Under the pieces are notes generated by a model. That model saw nothing but the letters and a program-made list of their open reading frames with translations. It had not been told where the DNA came from and did not search any database. From Candidatus Wolfebacteria bacterium RIFCSPLOWO2_01_FULL_38_11 (GTDB lineage Bacteria; Patescibacteriota; Minisyncoccia; UBA6257; UBA9933): DNA of 40,188 nucleotides. The stretch is taken from positions 1 to 40,188 of the forward strand of contig MGIQ01000001.1 in NCBI GenBank assembly GCA_001793825.1. The letters run 5' to 3'. Position numbers and translations under genes: made by a program. Shown piece after piece: positions 33,623 through 40,188 of this stretch (position 1 is the first letter of the stretch; the number at the start of each line of letters is the position of its first letter).

Positions 33623-36208
33623 ATGTTTAGAACCATTAAAAAGAGAAACGGTCAAATTGTGCCTTTCAAGATGGAAAAAGTTGTGAATGCCATCTATAAA
33701 GCTTCTGTGGCGGTTGGCGAACCGAATTGGCAGTTGTCCAATAATTTAACAAAAGAAATTGTCGGCCGGATAAAGAAAAGGCTTAAGAAAGGAGCAGTTC
33801 CAACCGTTGAAGAAGTTCAAGATGTTGTGGAAGCGGTATTGATTGAATCCAATCGTCCGAGAATAGCAAAAGCTTATATTTTATACCGCCAACATCGCGC
33901 GGAAATTCGTTATGAGAAAGAGCAGGTTCTTAATAGGGAAGAAATAGATGAAGTTGATAAAAAATTCGACATTAACGCTTTAAGAGTTTTAGCTTCCCGT
34001 TATTTAAGAAAAAGCGAGGAAGGACAAATAATTGAATCTCCAAAACAGCTTTTTCAAAGAGTGGCTGTTCATACAACTATTCCTTCGCTCTTTTACGACT
34101 CTAAAGTTTATCAGAAGCGAGGCGGTGCTTCTGAACGCCGCATAGAAGAATTCGAACCGGAAAAATTTGAAGGTAAATTTTCCATTGGCAAATACAAACT
34201 TAATCAATTTCATTTGGAGGGAGCCAAAAGGCTTTATGACCGTTTAGCTAAAGAGAAAAAAATAAAAATTTCCTGGTCTAAATTTCTCAATCTTATTAAA
34301 GATGGCTATTTTGACAAATATGAAGAAGAAATAACCCAATATTACAATTTAATGGTAGAGCGTCATTTTATGCCCAATACTCCGGCTTTGGCCAATTTCG
34401 GAAATTATTTCGGCATGGGTTCGGCTTGTTTTGTGCTTGGCGTTGAAGATTCAATTAATAAAATAATGGATTCTTTGAAAGCCGCGGCGATAATTTTTAA
34501 ATCCGGAGGCGGCGTTGGCTATAATTTTTCCCATCTTCGGCCGGAAGGAGATTTTGTCAAAACTACCGGCGGTCTGTCGTCAGGGCCGATTAGTTTTATG
34601 TCGATGTTTGATAATATGACCGACGTCATTAAGCAGGGAGGAATTCGGCGCGGCGCTAATATGGGTATTTTAAACTCAGATCATCCTGATATTGAAAGAT
34701 TTGTTAAAGCCAAAGAAGGCAACAAAGCTTTAAGGAATTTTAATATTTCCATAATGGTCAAATCCGAATTCTGGTCATCAATTAAAGAAAACAAACCTTA
34801 TCAACTGATAAATCCCAGAAATGGAAAGGTTGTCAAAGAAATTGACGCCAATCAGCTTTTTGACATTATTACTTATCAAGTTTGGGAATCAGCCGAGCCG
34901 GGTATTCTTTTTCACGACCGCATTAATGAATATAACCCTTTCGCTAAATCATTGGGCCCGATTGAATGCACCAATCCTTGCGGAGAAGTTTTGCTTTATC
35001 CTTATGAGAGCTGTAATTTAGGCTCGCTTAACATTTGGTCTTATTTGAAGAAAAACGGAGATAAAAAGCCTCATCTTGATTGGCAGCGCTTGGAAAACGA
35101 TATAAAAACAGTAACCAAATTTTTGGACAATGTTGTTGACATTAACAAATATCCGCTTTCTGAAATTGAAGAAATGTCTTTAAATACCAGAAAACTCGGT
35201 TTGGGCGTTATGGGCATTGGCGACGCGCTCTACGAATTGGAAATTTCTTATAATTCCAAAGAAGGATTGGTTTTCATGGAAAAATTAATGGAATTTGTCA
35301 ATTACCATTCCAAAATCCAGTCTATTGAACTTTCTAAGGAACGCGGCCGCATGCCTTATTTTGACAAATCTTTTTATAAAGAAGGCAAGCTCCCGTTTTC
35401 CGGTTTTAAAGACAAAAAATCCTGGCATTTTGATTGGAAGGAATTGGCTAATAAGGTAAAAAAATACGGAATTAGAAACGCTTTTACCACTGTTATTGCG
35501 CCAACTGGCTCAATTTCCATGATTGCCGGATGTTCTTCCGGAATTGAACCGGTCTACAGCCTTGTTTTCGAAAAAAGCGTTGCCATTGGAAAATTTTATT
35601 ATGTTGATCCGGTTTTTGAAGAAAGAATGAGAAAAGAAGGATTAATGGACGAGGATTTAATCAAAGATGCCGCTGTCTTAAACGGAAGCGTTAAAAATAT
35701 TTCCTATATTCCCCAAAATATCAAAAAAATTTTTGTGACCGCCATGGATATTTCTCCTGTCGATCACGTTAAAGTTTTGGGCGCTTTTCAAAAGTGGACT
35801 GATTCTTCTATTTCCAAAACCAATAATTTTCCATCTGAAGCCACGGCCGAAGACATTAAAAAAGTTTATTTATTGGCTTATGAACTTGGATGCAAAGGCG
35901 TTACTGTCTATCGGGATAAATCATTGACTCAGCAGGTTTTAATCGGAGGCAGTACCAAGAAAAAACATCACAAAGAAGTTCCAAAGCTGTCAATGATTAA
36001 AGATGAAAAAGCTAAAGGCCTGGCGGTTTATTCCGAAGCCTCTGCCAATATTCCTATTATTGACAGCGGTCTTGGATTGTCTCCGGCTCAAAATGAAAAA
36101 GACATCAATAAAAATTCTTTGAAAAATTGCCCCTCTTGCGGCACAGCTGTTATTAAACAGGAAGGTTGCACCAAGTGTCCTGCTTGCAATTGGGGACTCT
36201 GCACATGA
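33623..36208 (+). CDS. nrdJ: Class II (adenosylcobalamin-dependent) ribonucleotide reductase with N-terminal ATP cone
   Basis: IKKRNG ATP cone; PNTP.L.N, SACFV, RRGANM, TNPCGE, CNLGS, APTGSIS; C-terminal CPSC/CPAC Zn ribbon; no nrdB nearby. Confidence 0.92.
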   Translation: MFRTIKKRNGQIVPFKMEKVVNAIYKASVAVGEPNWQLSNNLTKEIVGRIKKRLKKGAVPTVEEVQDVVEAVLIESNRPRIAKAYILYRQHRAEIRYEKEQVLNREEIDEVDKKFDINALRVLASRYLRKSEEGQIIESPKQLFQRVAVHTTIPSLFYDSKVYQKRGGASERRIEEFEPEKFEGKFSIGKYKLNQFHLEGAKRLYDRLAKEKKIKISWSKFLNLIKDGYFDKYEEEITQYYNLMVERHFMPNTPALANFGNYFGMGSACFVLGVEDSINKIMDSLKAAAIIFKSGGGVGYNFSHLRPEGDFVKTTGGLSSGPISFMSMFDNMTDVIKQGGIRRGANMGILNSDHPDIERFVKAKEGNKALRNFNISIMVKSEFWSSIKENKPYQLINPRNGKVVKEIDANQLFDIITYQVWESAEPGILFHDRINEYNPFAKSLGPIECTNPCGEVLLYPYESCNLGSLNIWSYLKKNGDKKPHLDWQRLENDIKTVTKFLDNVVDINKYPLSEIEEMSLNTRKLGLGVMGIGDALYELEISYNSKEGLVFMEKLMEFVNYHSKIQSIELSKERGRMPYFDKSFYKEGKLPFSGFKDKKSWHFDWKELANKVKKYGIRNAFTTVIAPTGSISMIAGCSSGIEPVYSLVFEKSVAIGKFYYVDPVFEERMRKEGLMDEDLIKDAAVLNGSVKNISYIPQNIKKIFVTAMDISPVDHVKVLGAFQKWTDSSISKTNNFPSEATAEDIKKVYLLAYELGCKGVTVYRDKSLTQQVLIGGSTKKKHHKEVPKLSMIKDEKAKGLAVYSEASANIPIIDSGLGLSPAQNEKDINKNSLKNCPSCGTAVIKQEGCTKCPACNWGLCT

Positions 36209-37911
36209 TTAAAATTCCTCCTCAGAAAATTAAAGAATTATTAACTGAAGAAGGGCTGATCTCTAACGCCGATTTTGATAATTTAATGATAGAAACGGAA
36301 CGCATGGGACAAAACATAAACGACGTCTTAATTTCCCGGGGCATAATCACCAATGATTATTTATATAATCTTTTTTCCAAATATTATGGAGTTGAAAGAT
36401 CAAATTTAGTCAGCCGCGAGATAAAAGAAGAATCATTGCGCCGGCTTTCCGAAAATTTGGCCCGCCAGAAAAGAGTTATTATTTTTGACGAGGAAAACGG
36501 AACATTTAGTGTGGCTATGGAAGATCCGACTGATTTGACCATAATAGAGTTTCTTAAAAATCATCTTAACGCGAATATCAAGCCGTATTTGGCAACTGGT
36601 GATGACCTTGATAAAGGTTTTGCCATCTATGGCCGGCAATTTGCGCAGGATTTCAAAAAGCTCATCGAAGAAAATATTAAAGCGTCTCTTGTTCAGAAGG
36701 CGAAAACAGTTGAAGAATCGGCTCAAGCCGTGCCGATTGTCGCTTTAATTGATAATTTAATTTCTTATGCCATCTCCTTGCGGGCTTCTGATATTCACAT
36801 CGAAATTTTTGACGATGGTATCTTAGTAAGATTTAGGATAGACGGCGTGCTTCAGGAAATCGTGAAAATTCCCAAAGAAGTTCATTCGCCGATTGCCGCG
36901 AGAACCAAACTCCTTTCCGGATTAAAAATTGATGAACATCAAAAACCTCAAGACGGTCGTTTTCGTTATAAAGTCGGTCTTGATTTGATTGATATCAGAG
37001 TTTCCACCATTCCGACTTTTTACGGAGAGAAAATAGAAATGCGTCTTTTGCCCTCAACTCAAAAACCGCTATCGTTAAGAGAACTGGGAATGATTGAATC
37101 AATGGAGCGCGTTATCAGGGAAAATATTAAAAAAACTTACGGCATGATTTTGATTACCGGTCCGACTGGTTCCGGAAAAACCACCACTCTTTATTCAATT
37201 TTAAATATTTTAAACCGGCCGGAAGTAAATATCGTCACAGTTGAAGATCCGATTGAATACGATATGAAATATATCAACCAAACTCAAATCAATCCTTTGG
37301 CCGGAATCACTTTTGCCAATGGTCTGCGGGCGATTTTAAGGCAAGACCCGAACATTATTATGGTCGGTGAAATTCGCGACGAAGAAACCGCTGAAATCGG
37401 AGTTCATTCGGCTTTAACCGGTCACCTTTTGCTCTCCAGCTTGCACACCAACGACGCGGTCACGGCTATTCCCCGCTTGGTTGATATGAAAATCGCTCCT
37501 TTTTTGGTGGCCGCTGTCTTAAATTTAGTCCTTGCTCAAAGATTGGTTAGAAAAATTTGTCTCCATTGCATAGAGTCGTATATTCCTTCTAACGATTTGA
37601 TAACATCCTTAAAAAGGCAATTAAAAGAATTAAATATCTCCGCCGACATTAAGCCGTCTAAAACTCTTTATCGCGGTCGGGGCTGCATTAATTGCAATAA
37701 TAGCGGTTATTCCGGCCGTCTTGGAATTTTTGAGATTTTGGATGTTGGGGAGGAAGTGAGAAAAGAAATTATTAATCCCAATTTTTCGCTTGATGTTATT
37801 ATTTCATTGGCAAAAGGCAAGGGAATGGTTACAATGTTTGAAGATGGCCTTCGTAAGGCGGAATTGGGAGTTACCACAATTGAAGAAGTCCTTCGCGTAA
37901 TAAGAGAATAA
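36205..37911 (+). CDS. pilB: Type IV pilus assembly ATPase PilB/GspE
   Basis: ASDIHIE, GPTGSGKTT, EDPIE, LRQDP, GEIRD, HTND, CxxC motifs; ATG 36205 overlaps the nrdJ stop (ATGA). Confidence 0.95.
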   Translation: MIKIPPQKIKELLTEEGLISNADFDNLMIETERMGQNINDVLISRGIITNDYLYNLFSKYYGVERSNLVSREIKEESLRRLSENLARQKRVIIFDEENGTFSVAMEDPTDLTIIEFLKNHLNANIKPYLATGDDLDKGFAIYGRQFAQDFKKLIEENIKASLVQKAKTVEESAQAVPIVALIDNLISYAISLRASDIHIEIFDDGILVRFRIDGVLQEIVKIPKEVHSPIAARTKLLSGLKIDEHQKPQDGRFRYKVGLDLIDIRVSTIPTFYGEKIEMRLLPSTQKPLSLRELGMIESMERVIRENIKKTYGMILITGPTGSGKTTTLYSILNILNRPEVNIVTVEDPIEYDMKYINQTQINPLAGITFANGLRAILRQDPNIIMVGEIRDEETAEIGVHSALTGHLLLSSLHTNDAVTAIPRLVDMKIAPFLVAAVLNLVLAQRLVRKICLHCIESYIPSNDLITSLKRQLKELNISADIKPSKTLYRGRGCINCNNSGYSGRLGIFEILDVGEEVRKEIINPNFSLDVIISLAKGKGMVTMFEDGLRKAELGVTTIEEVLRVIRE

Positions 37912-37912
37912 C

Positions 37913-39124
37913 ATGCGTTTTCAATATACCGCGCTCCAATCAAATGGAAAAATAATCGAAGGAAATTATGAAGCGGAAAATCCGGCTGAAGTTTTAAAAC
38001 ATCTTGCCAGCCAGGGATTAAAGCCGATTTCTTTAAAAGTTTTAAAAAGCGCTGAAAAAGAAATGGGCTTCCAGATATTTAAGCGGTCAATTACGGTTGT
38101 TGATAGGGTTTTTTTGACAAAATATCTTTCCTTAATGCTTAAAGTCGGAACAGATCTTTTAAGAGCCATTGATATTTTAATTGCTGATTTTGACAAGCCG
38201 GCGCTTAAAGCCCTTTTAATAGAAATCCGTCTTGGCATTGAAAAAGGCCAGCCTTTTTATTCAACTTTTCTCCGGTACCCCAAGTTTTTTTCTCCGGTTT
38301 TTGTTAATTTAATAAAAGCTGGGGAAACTTCGGGAAATTTGGAACAGATTTTAAACCAGTTAAGCACATCTTTACAGCGGGAGCAGGATTTAAGAAATAA
38401 AATAAAAGCCGCGCTTACTTATCCGATGTTGCTTTTAATCGCCTCGTTTATCATTCTTTTTCTTTTGGTTAGTTTTGCCTTGCCGAAAATTGCCGGCGTT
38501 TTTTCTTCCAGCGGATTTGAGCCGCCTATGTTTTCAAAAATTGTTTTTACTATCGGACTTTTTATCGGAAAATATGTTTTAGTCATTGCGATTAGTTTGG
38601 TAACAATAATAGTCGGCAGTTGGCTTTTATTTTCTAAAACTATGGTTGGCCGGAAAATATTTTACCAATTTATTGTTAAAGTTCCGGCTGTTGGCGGTGT
38701 TTTGAAAAAGATTGCTCTTCAGCGTTTTGCTTCCACGTTTTCCGCTTTACTTTCTGCCGGTTTGCCGATTCTAGAAGCTTTGGAAATTACAGCTGATGCC
38801 ATTGGTTCTGAAGAATTAAAATCATCTTTAATGAGAATTTCCCGGGAAGGCATTATGAGGGGGTTGACTATTGGTGAAGCTTTTCGTCGGGAGACTGCTT
38901 TTCCCCGCGTGGTTGTCAATTTGATGGCCATCTCGGAAAAAGCCGGCCATGTTGAAAAAATGCTGATGACCTTGGCTGATTTTTATGAATCAGAAATAGA
39001 ATCTTCCATTAAATCATTAGTTTCTTTTTTGGAACCGGTTTTGCTTTTATTGATCGGCTTGGTTGTCGGAGCTATTGCCCTTTCAATTATCGTGCCGATT
39101 TACCAGCTGGTCGGAAATTTCTAA
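37913..39124 (+). CDS. pilC: Type IV pilus platform protein PilC/GspF
   Basis: GE.SGNL, AL.YP, LEP two-domain GspF pattern. Confidence 0.94.
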   Translation: MRFQYTALQSNGKIIEGNYEAENPAEVLKHLASQGLKPISLKVLKSAEKEMGFQIFKRSITVVDRVFLTKYLSLMLKVGTDLLRAIDILIADFDKPALKALLIEIRLGIEKGQPFYSTFLRYPKFFSPVFVNLIKAGETSGNLEQILNQLSTSLQREQDLRNKIKAALTYPMLLLIASFIILFLLVSFALPKIAGVFSSSGFEPPMFSKIVFTIGLFIGKYVLVIAISLVTIIVGSWLLFSKTMVGRKIFYQFIVKVPAVGGVLKKIALQRFASTFSALLSAGLPILEALEITADAIGSEELKSSLMRISREGIMRGLTIGEAFRRETAFPRVVVNLMAISEKAGHVEKMLMTLADFYESEIESSIKSLVSFLEPVLLLLIGLVVGAIALSIIVPIYQLVGNF

Positions 39125-39154
39125 ATAGCTTAATTGGTTTGTTGACTAATAATC

Positions 39155-39616
39155 ATGAAAGCATTTACCATTATTGAAATTTTAATTGTTATGGCAATTA
39201 TTGGCGTCTTAATCGGATTTGGCTTTGCCAATCTTAATTTTGGCAGCCGAAACGACTTAAATTTATCTGTTAATGAAATTGTCGCCGCTCTGCGCAATGC
39301 CCAGAGCAATTCTATGACTCAGGAAAAAGGCAGCGAGTGGAGCGTTCATTTTGAAAATCCTCCAAGCAATAAAGGATTTTACGAGATTTATAAAGAATCA
39401 ATCTATTCTTCCGCCAATGTTGTTTCTCATATTAATTTAAGAGAAACAGTAAAATTTGACGATCCTTCTTCTGGCTCAAGTAAAAATATTTCATTTTCCG
39501 TTCTATCCGGTTTTCCCTCCGGCAGCGGTTCTGATGTTATTATCATTTCTTTAAAAAACAATCCTTCGGAAACCAAAACAATTAATATAAAAGCTAATGG
39601 TCAAATTGAATACTAA
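39155..39616 (+). CDS. Type IV (minor) pilin, FimT/GspH-like
   Basis: MKA|FTIIEILIVMAII class III signal. Confidence 0.9.
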   Translation: MKAFTIIEILIVMAIIGVLIGFGFANLNFGSRNDLNLSVNEIVAALRNAQSNSMTQEKGSEWSVHFENPPSNKGFYEIYKESIYSSANVVSHINLRETVKFDDPSSGSSKNISFSVLSGFPSGSGSDVIIISLKNNPSETKTINIKANGQIEY

Positions 39617-40188
39617 AAATATAAATAATCATCATAAAGCCGGCCAATCCTTAATAGAACTTATTGTTGCTATCACAATTGGTGGAATTTTGCTGGGTGT
39701 CGCGACCGTAGCAGTTGTTCTGATTTTAAGGGTAAATTCCGATACTCGCGCGACACAAGTTGCTGTTTCGCTGGCTCAGGAATATCTTGATAATATTTCG
39801 GCGCTCAGTGAATCGGCTTGGGATAATATTTATGGTTTAAATAAAGGAAGTAGTTATCTTTATAGTATAAAAAATCTTTATCTTTCCCAGATTAGCGGCG
39901 GCGCTTGGCATACTTGCGGACTTAAAACTGATAAAACCGCTTATTGCTGGGGATCAAATGGCTTTGGCCAGCTTGGCGATAATTCAATAATAGACAAATT
40001 AACCCCAGTTCAAGTTTTAGGCGTTGGCGGAGCTGGCAATTTAGCCAATGTTTCCCAGATTACCAGTGGCGGCAATCACACTTGCGCCATTACAGCTAAT
40101 GGCTCAGCTTATTGCTGGGGATATAATGGCTTTGGCCAGCTTGGCGATAATTCAACAATAAATAGATATACTCCGGTTCAAGTCAAAG
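39597..40188 (+). CDS. Minor pilin fused to RCC1-like repeats (runs off the window end; absent from the ORF track)
   Basis: Manual translation: MVKLNTKNINNHHKAG|QSLIELIVAITIGG..., then QISGGAWHTCGLKTDKTAYCWGSNGFGQLGDNS...PVQV and QITSGGNHTCAITANGSAYCWGYNGFGQLGDNS...PVQV. Confidence 0.88.
   Translation, partial: MVKLNTKNINNHHKAGQSLIELIVAITIGGILLGVATVAVVLILRVNSDTRATQVAVSLAQEYLDNISALSESAWDNIYGLNKGSSYLYSIKNLYLSQISGGAWHTCGLKTDKTAYCWGSNGFGQLGDNSIIDKLTPVQVLGVGGAGNLANVSQITSGGNHTCAITANGSAYCWGYNGFGQLGDNSTINRYTPVQVK

Noticed and set aside
39939-40160. DGR template/variable repeat pair
   Set aside because: Both copies are in-frame RCC1-like repeats of one ORF and no reverse transcriptase is present in the window.

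Overview
AT-rich bacterial chromosomal window, most likely Patescibacteria/CPR (Parcubacteria-like). This is inferred from the short EF-Ts, archaeal-type TyrRS with a C1:G72 tRNA-Tyr, class II RNR, type IV pilus genes and mostly SD-less leaders. Contents: housekeeping genes (csp, groES/EL, dinB, rpsB-tsf, tyrS, rpmG, pcm, pth, lepB, hisS, rpsU, ybeY, ftsA/ftsZ, nrdJ, pilB/pilC/pilins), a duplicated two-gene surface-protein cassette, a copper island built around a CcdA/DsbD-like::NirK fusion, an orphan Mu-Gam-like gene and 8 intact tRNA genes. The most striking feature is three 'nested' tRNA loci (Thr, Trp, Pro). In each, an older tRNA gene is interrupted by a ~105-117 nt insert bounded by related 12-13 bp inverted repeats (CCCC(A/G)CAC...GTG(C/T)GGGG-like), and the insert carries an intact, sequence-distinct tRNA of the same apparent identity. 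This looks like a tRNA-targeting, self-complementing mini-element. A hairpin-flanked GIY-YIG nuclease gene and many small palindromic or heptamer insertions lie nearby, several of them in frame inside genes.
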